Source: Bacteroidales bacterium (lineage in GTDB: Bacteria > Bacteroidota > Bacteroidia > Bacteroidales > Paludibacteraceae). From it: a DNA stretch of 64,000 bases. Positions 1 through 9,900 of this stretch are shown one piece after another. The stretch's first letter is position 1. Each line of letters opens with the position of its first letter. The notes under the pieces were generated by a model. It saw nothing but the letters and a program-made list of their open reading frames with translations. It was not told the DNA's origin and searched no databases. Made by a program: the position numbers and the translations under genes. Location: the NCBI GenBank assembly GCA_038249855.1, contig JBBSCW010000001.1, positions 3,341 to 67,340 on the forward strand, in the 5' to 3' direction.

Positions 1-2
1 AT

Positions 3-1676
3 TATTATTTCGACCAGATATTCCTTTCGGATAATGCAAATTGTCGTATCAGGACTCAGATATCAATAAACCCTACTCTAAAAAATCAGGTTATTGAAGG
101 TTGGGGAGGTTCATTGTGCCACTGGGCAAACATTATGGGTGGCTATTCCGATACAAAAATTAAAACTATTTGCGATTGGATTACTGATCCGATAAATGGA
201 TTGAATATGAATGTTTTTCGATTCAACATTGGTGGAGGAGATGATCCAACTCACACACACATGGCTGCCGCACCTAATATGCCTGGTTATAAGGCATCCT
301 TAACAGAACCATATAATTGGAATCAGGATGTAAAGCAACGAAAAATCCTTCAGCAGCTTATCGCTTCACGTATTGAAAAATTCGGAAGTAATGATATTCA
401 ATTAGTTGCATTTTCTAATTCGCCCCCTTATTGGATGACAAAAAGCGGATGTTCCTCGGGCAGCGTAGAAGGAAACGTGACAAACCTCAAGTCTGATATG
501 CTCGATGATTTTGCTGATTATCTGACAACCGTAACGAAATATTATCACGACAATTTAGGTATTACATTCAACTACCTCGAACCATTTAATGAACCTGACG
601 GTGGTTGGTGGAAAGCCCTCGGAGCCTCGGAAGGTTGTTTTTTTACAACAAGCGAACAAATATCTGTAATACGTGAAGTATATGCTTTATTATCAGCTAA
701 AAATATGTTGTCGTATTGTAATATTACGGCCAATGATGCCAATAATATAAATGGTGGATACAATGCATTGGTAGCCTATAAAAATGCCGGAGATATACTT
801 CCTAAAATATCACTTATTTCTGTTCATTCGTATGGTGGAACACAACGTTCGAATATGGTCCATTTTACCAAAACAAACAACAAAAAGATATGGCAAACAG
901 AATCGGGACCTTTAAATACTGGGGGAACAGATGAGTTTCAACGGATGACGATGTCAGACAGGATAATAACCGACATCAGAGAAATGAAATGTAGTGCATG
1001 GATTGATTGGCAGTTAGCCGCACTTACTAATCCTACATGGGGACTTTTGCAAGGGGAAATTTCAAATGTTTTTAATCCAATATCAAAAGGAATGGGCTTT
1101 TATATACGTGCACAATACAGCAGGTTTATAAAAACTGGATATACGATTATTGATAACTCTGCATATAATTCATTAACAGCTGTGAGCCCTGATGAAAAAG
1201 AGCTGGTAATAGTGATTAGTAATATTGATCAGATCACTCAAAAATATAAAGCTGACCTTTCGAAGTTCAGTAATTTTGGAAAAGTAAAACAGTACAGAAC
1301 AAGAGCTGTAGAATCATTCGGTATTAAAAATTCACTTGACATGTTTACTATCGCCGAGAATACTTTTGATTACGATGCACTCTCCGAATCGGTAACAACT
1401 TTTGTAATACCGATAAATCAAGCTCCGGCGGCTATCAATGATATTGAAGATTCTGAACAAAATATTTATTATTCGCAAGGAATTTTATATACTAACATAA
1501 CTACTGCAAAACCGCTAACAATTAATATTTATACTTCAACAGGACAAAAGATAAATTCAATACATAATGTATCAGGTCAAGGAGCATTAGAGCTGAAACT
1601 GAAAGCGGGATTTTACATAATCAACACAAAAGCAGCAAATAATAAGACGATTTCAAGAAAAATACAAGTGAATTAA
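3..1676 (+). CDS. GH30 (GH30_5-like endo-beta-1,6-galactanase) with T9SS C-terminal domain; 5' end lies outside the window
   Basis: Frame is open from base 3 (YYFDQIFLSDN...QVIEGWGGSLCHW), so the 114 start is an artefact. Motifs EGWGGSL, FRFNIGG, NSPPYWM, acid/base PFNEP and nucleophile WQTESG; tail INIYTSTGQK...AGFYII...KIQVN is a T9SS CTD. Confidence 0.85.
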   Translation, partial: YYFDQIFLSDNANCRIRTQISINPTLKNQVIEGWGGSLCHWANIMGGYSDTKIKTICDWITDPINGLNMNVFRFNIGGGDDPTHTHMAAAPNMPGYKASLTEPYNWNQDVKQRKILQQLIASRIEKFGSNDIQLVAFSNSPPYWMTKSGCSSGSVEGNVTNLKSDMLDDFADYLTTVTKYYHDNLGITFNYLEPFNEPDGGWWKALGASEGCFFTTSEQISVIREVYALLSAKNMLSYCNITANDANNINGGYNALVAYKNAGDILPKISLISVHSYGGTQRSNMVHFTKTNNKKIWQTESGPLNTGGTDEFQRMTMSDRIITDIREMKCSAWIDWQLAALTNPTWGLLQGEISNVFNPISKGMGFYIRAQYSRFIKTGYTIIDNSAYNSLTAVSPDEKELVIVISNIDQITQKYKADLSKFSNFGKVKQYRTRAVESFGIKNSLDMFTIAENTFDYDALSESVTTFVIPINQAPAAINDIEDSEQNIYYSQGILYTNITTAKPLTINIYTSTGQKINSIHNVSGQGALELKLKAGFYIINTKAANNKTISRKIQVN

Positions 1677-1703
1677 TCTCGTTTTGTGTAAAAAATCGTA
1701 GAT

Positions 1704-1768
1704 GTTACAATAGTGATACTAATTCTTGTTTTTTTGATATGTCTTGGAATAAATTTCTCTTATATTTG
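1704..1768 (+). promoter_or_regulatory. Candidate activator site GTTACAATAGTGATA plus Bacteroidota -7 box TATATTTG
   Basis: Motif at 1704-1718, TGATA repeated 21 bp later (1735), TAnnTTTG at 1761-1768, upstream of the 1909 CDS. Confidence 0.6.
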
Positions 1769-1908
1769 TAGCGTTGAATTGTAAACTTGAAAACTCAATA
1801 AAAAAATTATAAAACGCAGTTTAATCAGTCAACATTTTGATTATTAAATATTTAAATCTATTCTGTTTAAATTATGATTTTAATTTTTGCAGATAAAAAT
1901 CTATTAAA

Positions 1909-4071
1909 ATGAAAAAAATTTCACTATTATTTTTAACCTGTATTTTATCAATTACAGTTTCTGCTGTTGATAGCATTATCCTGGATTTTGAATCGAGTAC
2001 GGTTCCTTCTACCATTGGTTCGTGGCTGAATTACTCCACAAGTGGTGTATCAGCCAGTACCTGGTCGTCACCAAATCCAAAAATTGATGCAATAAACGGT
2101 ACGACAAATTGCTATAAAATTAGTAAAGGAAGTACAGATCCATACTGGACGGGATTAGAAATTAATTTGTCAACAGCTATTACTGTTACTACAGCAAAAC
2201 GGTACTTACATGTTTTAGTATATAAGACAACAGATTCTAAAATTGCATTAACATATACTCCTGACGGTGGAAGTCAAAGTTCAGATCTTTGGCAATCAAA
2301 TTCAACTGTAGGTGGATGGATTGATTTTGTATTAGCCATACCTGTTAACACAAATGTGAAAATGTTTGCCATTAAAATTGATGGCACTGCCGGTAATTAT
2401 TATTTCGACCAAATTTTACTCTCGGATAATGCAAGTAGCCTGACCAGGACTCAGATATCAACAGACCCTACAAAAAAAAATCAGGTCATTGAAGGCTGGG
2501 GAGGTTCATTATGCTGGTGGGCAAATATTATGGGTGGCTATTCTGATTCAAAAATTAAAACTATTTGCGACTGGATTACCGATCCTGTAAATGGATTGAA
2601 TATGAATATTTTCAGGTTTAACATTGGTGGAGGAGATGATCCTACTCACAACCACATGCGTACTGATGGAGGCAATATGCCTGGCTATAAAGCCTCGTTA
2701 ACAGCACCTTATGATTGGAATCAGGATGCAACCCAACGTAAAATTCTACAGCAACTTATTGCTTCACGTATTGATAAATTTGGAAGTAATGATATTCAAC
2801 TGGTTGCATGGTCAAATTCGCCACCTTATTGGATGACAAAAAGCGGTTGCGCGGCAGGTAGTGTAGAAGGTAATGTGACAAATCTGAAAGTGGATATGTA
2901 TGATGATTTTGCTGATTATTTGACAACTGTAACAAAGTATTATCACGATAATTTAGGAATTACATTCAATTACCTCGAACCATTTAATGAACCTGACGGT
3001 GCATGGTGGAAAGCCCTTGGAAATCAGGAGGGTTGTTATTTTACAACAAGCGATCAAATGACTATGATACGTGAATTATATGCGTCTTTATCTGCTAAAA
3101 ACATGTTGTCGTACAGTAACATTACTGCCAATGATGCCAATAATATAAACAATGGATACAATGCCATGGTAGCCTATAAAAATGCCGGAGACATACTTTC
3201 TAAATTGTCACTTATTTCTGTTCACACGTATGGAGGGACACAACGTTCGAATATGGCCAGTTTTGCTAAAACAAACAACAAAAAGTTATGGCAATCAGAA
3301 TCTGGACCTATTAGTGTTGGAGGTACGACAGAATTTCAATTTATGACTATGTCGGACAGGATAATAACCGATATCAGAGAAATGAAATGCACTGCATGGA
3401 TTGATTGGCAGTTAGCAGCAAATGCCAGTCCTGTATGGGGACTTTTGATAGGAGAGTATTCGAATACTTTAAATCCAATATCAAAAGGAATGGGCTTTTA
3501 CATACGTGCACAATACAGTAGATTTCTAAAACCAGGGTATACTATTCTTGAAAATTCTGCTTATAATTCATTGTCAGCCGTGAGTCCTGATGAAAAAGAG
3601 CTGGTAATAGTGATTAGTAATATTGATCAGTTGACACAAAAATATACAGTAGACCTTTCGAAGTTTAGTAATTTTGGAAGAGTAAAACAGTACAGAACCA
3701 GAGCTTTGGAATCGTTGGGTATAAAAAATTCGCTTGACATGTTTTCTATTACCGGAAATACTTTTAATTTCGATGCTCTATCAGAATCAGTAACCACTTT
3801 TGTAATTCCGATAAATCAAGCTCCTTCAGCTGTAACAGAGATTGAAGTAACTGAACAAAATATGTATTATTCGCAAGGAATCTTATATACTAACATAGCT
3901 TCTTCAACACCGCTAACAATTAATATTTATACTTCAACAGGACAGAAGATAAATTCAATACATAATGTATCAGGTCAAGGAGCATTAGAGCTTAAACTGA
4001 AAGCGGGATTTTACATAATCAACACAAAAGCAAATAATAAGATGATTTCAAGAAAAATACAAGTGAATTAA
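1909..4071 (+). CDS. Signal peptide + CBM-like domain + GH30_5-like endo-beta-1,6-galactanase + T9SS CTD
   Basis: MKKISLLF signal peptide; about 160-aa beta-sandwich-like N-domain ending GNYYFDQILLS; EGWGGSLCWWA, PFNEP, QEGC, VHTY, WQSESG; CTD almost identical to that of the upstream paralog. Confidence 0.88.
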   Translation: MKKISLLFLTCILSITVSAVDSIILDFESSTVPSTIGSWLNYSTSGVSASTWSSPNPKIDAINGTTNCYKISKGSTDPYWTGLEINLSTAITVTTAKRYLHVLVYKTTDSKIALTYTPDGGSQSSDLWQSNSTVGGWIDFVLAIPVNTNVKMFAIKIDGTAGNYYFDQILLSDNASSLTRTQISTDPTKKNQVIEGWGGSLCWWANIMGGYSDSKIKTICDWITDPVNGLNMNIFRFNIGGGDDPTHNHMRTDGGNMPGYKASLTAPYDWNQDATQRKILQQLIASRIDKFGSNDIQLVAWSNSPPYWMTKSGCAAGSVEGNVTNLKVDMYDDFADYLTTVTKYYHDNLGITFNYLEPFNEPDGAWWKALGNQEGCYFTTSDQMTMIRELYASLSAKNMLSYSNITANDANNINNGYNAMVAYKNAGDILSKLSLISVHTYGGTQRSNMASFAKTNNKKLWQSESGPISVGGTTEFQFMTMSDRIITDIREMKCTAWIDWQLAANASPVWGLLIGEYSNTLNPISKGMGFYIRAQYSRFLKPGYTILENSAYNSLSAVSPDEKELVIVISNIDQLTQKYTVDLSKFSNFGRVKQYRTRALESLGIKNSLDMFSITGNTFNFDALSESVTTFVIPINQAPSAVTEIEVTEQNMYYSQGILYTNIASSTPLTINIYTSTGQKINSIHNVSGQGALELKLKAGFYIINTKANNKMISRKIQVN

Positions 4072-4098
4072 TATCGTTTTGTGTAAAATAACACACAA

Positions 4099-4163
4099 GT
4101 TACAATAGTATGATAAATTGTTACAATTCTGATATGTTTTTGAATAAATGAACTGTACATTTG
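4099..4163 (+). promoter_or_regulatory. GTTACAAT direct repeat (21-bp period) plus -7 box TACATTTG
   Basis: GTTACAAT at 4099 and 4120; TACATTTG at 4156-4163; same 57-bp motif-to-box spacing as at 1704. Confidence 0.62.
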
Positions 4164-4236
4164 TATCACTCAATTGGAGATTTAAAAACTCAATATAATT
4201 AATAATAATACTCATTTAATTTAATTAATCAACATC

Positions 4237-5658
4237 ATGAAAAAACTATTCACAACTTTTGCTTTTGCTGTTTTTGCAAGTGTTTTCTTGTTTGCAAAAA
4301 GCAATGCGCCAACTGTAACTGTGTTGGCAACTTACGAAGTTCCTATGGGACAAGAATTAATTACGAATACTGTTTTCTGTGAAACTCCCCCAAAATCGTG
4401 GGTTACATTTACAGGAGTTGTAGCCAATCCGGTAAAAGACCCGGATATGAACAATACCAATAATTGTTATTTGGTAAAAGAAGGAGTTGGCGCTGATTGG
4501 TGGGCAAACTTTCTAAACTTTAGATTGACCCAACCAATTACTATTACACAAGAAAATCGGTATTTACACATTTTGCATTATCGTTCTGTTTTAAACGATA
4601 ATTGGATGATACAATTAAATTTGGACTGGCAGTCTGGAAATGTTAATCGTTTTGATAGGCAAAATGCAAAGGCCGGTGTTTGGGAAGATATTGTAATTGA
4701 CATGCAGAAAATGATTGATACAAATACAGATTTAACAAAGTTTTTATTTGGAGTTTCAATGGATTGGAATGGTGTAAGAGATAATCCGGCTGGAGATTTT
4801 TACTTTGATGAGGTAATACTTAGTAGTAGCCCACTGCCACGTGGTATTAACATTTTACAAGACACAGAAATGTCACTCTTTTTTGGAAATACAGCATCGT
4901 ATAACAAATGGGTTAAACTATTGGACTTGCAATTACCAGAAAACACGTCTGAAATTGTTGCAAATCCATTTACAACACAAATGTCAGTATTAAATTCAAC
5001 TCAAATCATGAAGTTTAATAAAAGCGCAGCTGCATCATGGTGGAGGAGTGGTCCACGCGTTAAATTACCTGGAATTTTACCAGTTGGCGGCAATGGTCCA
5101 ACTACCTTACATGCAATGATAAATATACCTGAAATGGAAGCCGGAAAAGATTATTATATCGTGCAATTAAATGCAAAAGATTTTACCGGAAAACAAGTGG
5201 ATAGCGGTGATGCTTTGAAATATTGGGTCGACGATAAGGGTAAATGGGTTGATCTTGTTTTAGATGTAAGCTCTTTGGGCTATGTTGCAGAATTTTCAGT
5301 TCGGGTTGATATCAGGCGAGATGCTGCAGATGCATATATCACTGCGCCTGCCGGAGTATTTTATTTAGATGCAGTGGCTATTGATAAAAATACTGATCCC
5401 AGAACTGTAGTTGTAGCTCCAACTGCTATTAAAAATCCAACAGTAAACAATGTAACTGCCTATTCTTTAGGGAAAAATGTTGTTGTTGAAGGTGAAATCA
5501 TTTCAATAGAAATATACAATTTGTCGGGTCAATCAGTGAAGAAACTTACTGTAAATTCATTCAAATCAGTAATACCAATGACACAAAACGGAGTATATTT
5601 AGTAAAATCTGTTTTGTCAAATGGAACTGTTTCGACTAACAAAGTTATGATAAAATAA
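4237..5658 (+). CDS. T9SS-secreted non-catalytic protein with two tandem CBM-like domains
   Basis: Signal peptide; two repeats of NP...WW...LH...WxDxVxD...FYxD; CTD IEIYNLSGQ...GVYLVK...KVMIK; no recognisable catalytic motif. Confidence 0.75.
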   Translation: MKKLFTTFAFAVFASVFLFAKSNAPTVTVLATYEVPMGQELITNTVFCETPPKSWVTFTGVVANPVKDPDMNNTNNCYLVKEGVGADWWANFLNFRLTQPITITQENRYLHILHYRSVLNDNWMIQLNLDWQSGNVNRFDRQNAKAGVWEDIVIDMQKMIDTNTDLTKFLFGVSMDWNGVRDNPAGDFYFDEVILSSSPLPRGINILQDTEMSLFFGNTASYNKWVKLLDLQLPENTSEIVANPFTTQMSVLNSTQIMKFNKSAAASWWRSGPRVKLPGILPVGGNGPTTLHAMINIPEMEAGKDYYIVQLNAKDFTGKQVDSGDALKYWVDDKGKWVDLVLDVSSLGYVAEFSVRVDIRRDAADAYITAPAGVFYLDAVAIDKNTDPRTVVVAPTAIKNPTVNNVTAYSLGKNVVVEGEIISIEIYNLSGQSVKKLTVNSFKSVIPMTQNGVYLVKSVLSNGTVSTNKVMIK

Positions 5659-5668
5659 TATGTCAGAC

Positions 5669-5702
5669 AAAGTGGAGAGATTATCTCTCCACTTTATCTT
5701 TC
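5669..5702 (+). terminator. Intrinsic terminator-like hairpin
   Basis: AAAGTGGAGAGAT-T-ATCTCTCCACTTT inverted repeat followed by ATCTTT, 10 bp after the stop codon. Confidence 0.75.
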
Positions 5703-5718
5703 TACCAAAGTCTTTAAA

Positions 5719-5746
5719 TAATTGACTTAAAATTAATTGACTTAAA
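5719..5746. repeat. 13-bp direct repeat TAATTGACTTAAA x2 (15-bp period)
   Basis: Copies at 5719-5731 and 5734-5746 in the intergenic region before the lipocalin-susC operon. Confidence 0.7.
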
Positions 5747-5797
5747 CGTTTTTTTAATTGGTAGTTTTCTGTCAAATCCTACAAATCAAATTTATTT

Positions 5798-6250
5798 ATG
5801 AAAATCAATACTGAAAGATACTTCTTTCAAAGACTGCTTATTGCTTATATTCCGCTATTACTTTTATTTATCGGTACCTCATGCCAGTCGGAAATAGTCG
5901 ATGATACACCGACAAAAATTATAGGTACCTGGCATCAAACCTCACTTACAAAAGATGGTATAGCAGCTGTAAAAGACAGCTCGCGCTTACTTCTACAAAT
6001 TAATTCAAATAGTATCTGTGTTCTTTGCGACTCCTCAAAGTCAGCAGTAAAAGCTAAAACGATTGTTACACGGTCGGGCTGGAGTTATATTGATGGTTTA
6101 TTCAACTTAGCTGTTGATTTACCTGCTTCCTGGAAACCAGTAGTTGATTTAAATACCCTTAGCATTGAGCGGGTTGACTTCAATCAAACTGGTGCAATTT
6201 CAAAAATTACACTTACATTTGAACGTGTAGCTAATATTGACTTTAAATAA
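5798..6250 (+). CDS. Lipocalin-like domain lipoprotein
   Basis: Lipobox GTSC followed by QSE; IIGTW motif near the N-terminus, typical of Bacteroidota lipocalin-like beta-barrels. Confidence 0.65.
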   Translation: MKINTERYFFQRLLIAYIPLLLLFIGTSCQSEIVDDTPTKIIGTWHQTSLTKDGIAAVKDSSRLLLQINSNSICVLCDSSKSAVKAKTIVTRSGWSYIDGLFNLAVDLPASWKPVVDLNTLSIERVDFNQTGAISKITLTFERVANIDFK

Positions 6251-6265
6251 TCAAAAAATACATAC

Positions 6266-6964
6266 ATGAAAACAGTCTTTAAACTTTTCATTCTGCTTTG
6301 CTCATTTTTTGTTCTTTCGTCTTGTCAAAAAGACGTTTATGACGAAAGTATTGCTGCAGGATTATGGAAGCAAGTATCTGTATCGGAAGATGGTGTTCCG
6401 ATGATACTTACACCTGAACAACAAACTTGTCAGATTCTGCTTGAAAATAATGGAGTTTGCCGCTTTTATCATCAATCATTCAAAAGCTACAATAACGGAA
6501 ATGGACCGACTTCATTCGTCGGAACTTGGAGTATGTTGGATGGTAAGTGGCTAAATATCACTACCGATAAATGGGAGTTTATTCCAATTATTACAACCGA
6601 TAGCAATAAAGTGAGTCTGGATTATAAGAGATTCGCAAGAGCACCGGGCGATACTATCTCGATTATTGACACATTGAAAAGTGTAAAAAAACAATGGTCT
6701 AAATTTCATATTCAGTCTAGGTTTACAATTCTTCAATTATCTGATTCAGAATTGGAAATCAGAATGAAAACGTTTGTTGGAGAAAAGAAATACGCACTAA
6801 TTTTCGCCCCTGATCCCTTAGATTTCGTGGAACTTACATCTGTTGCAAACGGTGCAGTTAATTATATCCCCAAACTGGTTACCGATGGGAATTATTGGAC
6901 GATAAGGAAAGAGTTTCAGACTTTGAAAACTTATATTTTCAAGTTTAAGAAAGTAAACTATTGA
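6266..6964 (+). CDS. Lipocalin-like domain lipoprotein
   Basis: Lipobox LSSC-QKD; AGLWK, GTWS and FTILQLSDSELEI motifs. Confidence 0.65.
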   Translation: MKTVFKLFILLCSFFVLSSCQKDVYDESIAAGLWKQVSVSEDGVPMILTPEQQTCQILLENNGVCRFYHQSFKSYNNGNGPTSFVGTWSMLDGKWLNITTDKWEFIPIITTDSNKVSLDYKRFARAPGDTISIIDTLKSVKKQWSKFHIQSRFTILQLSDSELEIRMKTFVGEKKYALIFAPDPLDFVELTSVANGAVNYIPKLVTDGNYWTIRKEFQTLKTYIFKFKKVNY

Positions 6965-6985
6965 TAAACGCAAAAGAAAACTTAA

Positions 6986-9900
6986 ATGAAAAAAATAATA
7001 TTTCTTTCGCTGACGGCACTATTCATTCTTTTGCCGGTACATGCGCAACAAAATCGAAAGGTAAGCGGTAAAGTCACCGATCTAAAGACAGGAGAAGAAT
7101 TAATTGGAGTAAGTGTAACACTTAAAGGAAGTTCAAAAGGTACTATTACAGATATTAATGGAAACTATTCCTTAGATATTGTAAATCCTGCAATTGATAT
7201 ACTGACATTTAGTTATATAGGGTATGAAGCAACACCGGAATCTGTGAAGAGTCGTACAATTATTAATGTTAAGCTAAGTGATAGTAACAAGCAGCTCTCT
7301 GAAGTAGTAGTTGTTGGATATGGTTCACAAAAGAAAGTATCGGTAATTGGTTCTATTTCGTCTATCAACAATAAAACATTAAAATCGATGCCTATTTCTA
7401 ATCTATCGCAAGGGTTGGCTGGTAAACTATCAGGGATACAGGTAGTTCAAAGTTCCGGCGAAATCGGTTCCGATGATGCTTCAATTTTAGTGAGAGGTAG
7501 AGGAACATGGGGTAATTCATCTCCAATTTATGTGGTTGATGGAATAATACGTGCAGAATTCTCTAAAATAGATCCCAATGAAGTTGAATCAATCAATGTT
7601 TTGAAAGATGCTTCGGCAACTGCTGTCTTCGGAGTTCAAGGAGCCAACGGGGTAATTATTGTGACAACAAAACGTGGTACTTTGGGGAAACCAAAAATCT
7701 CAGTTACAGCTCAGAATGCTATCACACAACTTATCAATATACCTCAACCACTTGGAGCTTATGATGCAACCAGTTTGCAGTATCTAGCCGACTGGGGGCG
7801 TTATAAACCACGAACACCTACAACTGGCTCAACTGCAAATGATTTAATGCTTTGGCGAACCGGAGCATCGCCCTACACACACTCCGATGTTAGATGGGTA
7901 GATAATGTAATGAAAAAACAATCGAGCCAACAGCAATATAATATTAATATATCGGGTGGAACTAAAACAGTACGTTATTTTCTTTCCGGAGGATTTCTCA
8001 ATCAAAACGGGTTTTATCAACATGATCTATCTAAATATTCCCGATTCAACTTCCGTAGCAATCTGGATGTAGATGTTTCCAAAAACCTGACTGCTTCTTT
8101 AAGCGTTGGAACACGTGTCGAAAACCTTCAATCAACAAATGCCACTATCTGGAGTAGCTGGAATATTTATCGTGCTGCATTTGCAATTAGCGGAAGGAAT
8201 AATCCAGTTTATAATCCTGATGGTAGCTATGGTAGCAGTGGTATGCCCGGTAGAAATTTAGTAAAGATTCTACAAGGTGAAGGTTTCTACAGAGATGTGA
8301 AAACTACACTTGAATCGAGTTTGAGTCTGAATTACAAACTCGATTTTATTACCAAAGGACTTTCGGCTAAAGGGCAGGTATCATTTGATACGCAGGGAGA
8401 AAATGGACGATCATGGGGAAAATCAACTGCTGAATACACTTACAATCAAACAAATAATTCATATCTAATATTTGGTGAAGATCGTCCTATATGGTACGCA
8501 GGTGTAGCAAAAAACAACAGTTGGTATAAATTTTACAAAGAGGTGGGACTAAACTACAATCGCACTTTTGGTAATCATACAGTAACAGGATTATTCCTTG
8601 CAAATCAAAATGAAAGAATTAATAATGCCGAAGTACCTTATGCATATCAAGGGCTTGTGGGCAGAGCAACTTACGATTACGACAAACGGTATTTTGCCGA
8701 AATTAATATAGGTATTAATGGTTCTGAAAATTTTCCTGCAACGAAAAGATATGGAACTTTTCCTGCTTTCGCAATGGGCTGGATGGTAAGCAACGAAAAT
8801 TTTATTGCAAAAACAAAATTAGCAAATATTATAACTAGTTTAAAATTAAGAGCTTCGTTGGGTTGGGTTGGAAATGATCAGATTGGAAATGATCAGATTG
8901 GAAGATCAAGATTCCTTTTCGTACCGGTTTACTCTAATGCAGGTGGTTACCCGTTTGGAACTGGCGATAACAACTTTGGAGGTATACAACAAGGCGCTAT
9001 TCCTAATTATGCTGCACAGTGGGAAGTTGCACGCAAACAAAACATAGGTTTTGATGCTGATTTCTTTAAAGGATTATTAAGCGTAAATTTTGATTATTTT
9101 TACGAATATAGAAATAGTATTTTAACTACTATTGATGCGATAAAACCAGATTATGTAGGAGCGGCTTTCCAGCCTGCAAATATTGGTGAAGCCATAAATC
9201 AAGGTTTTGAACTGGAATTAAAACATAATAAAAGAATAAGCAAGGATTTTAGCTATTTTATAAATGCTAATTTAACTTATAATAGAAGTAAGATCCTTAA
9301 AAAAGCTGATCCACTTGGTTTGTTACCTTATCAAAAAGAAGAAGGCTACCCGATTGGTGCTCCTAATATGTTTACTAATCTTGGCTATTTTACAAGTTAT
9401 GAAGAGATTAATAGCAGTCCTTCCCAATTGGCCATTCATGGTGGAATACCTAGCAATGTAGAAGTTATACCAGGTGATTTGAAATTTCTTGATTTCAATA
9501 ATGATGGTGTTATTAATGCCGATGATGCACATCGGCAGGGATATAGTACTACTCCAGACCTGCAATATGGTTTAACCGTTGGTGGAAACTGGAAGGCATT
9601 CGATTTTTCGGTTTTATTGCAGGGATCAACGTTTGCATTATTTCCTAAAAACTGGGAAATTCAGTGGGCATTCTCGAATAACGACAATGTTTTTCCAAAA
9701 CATAATTACTATTGGGCACCCGAAATTGCCAATGACGCTCAATTTACCCGGTTTTATGGAAAATCATGGGTAAACAACGAACGTTATTATTCTGGGTATG
9801 AAATGGGTTCAGGAACATACGTTCGTATTAAAAACTTCGAATTAGGGTATACTCTACCTTCATCGTTAACTAAAAAAGCAGATATTTCAAGTGTCAGGTT

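Noticed and set aside
114-116. Annotated start of the first GH30
   Set aside because: It is an internal TTG; the frame is open and homologous to the paralog back to base 3.
2472-2480. A9 homopolymer in the GH30 gene as a phase-variation switch
   Set aside because: Such runs are common in this AT-rich DNA, the frame is intact and there is no read-level evidence.
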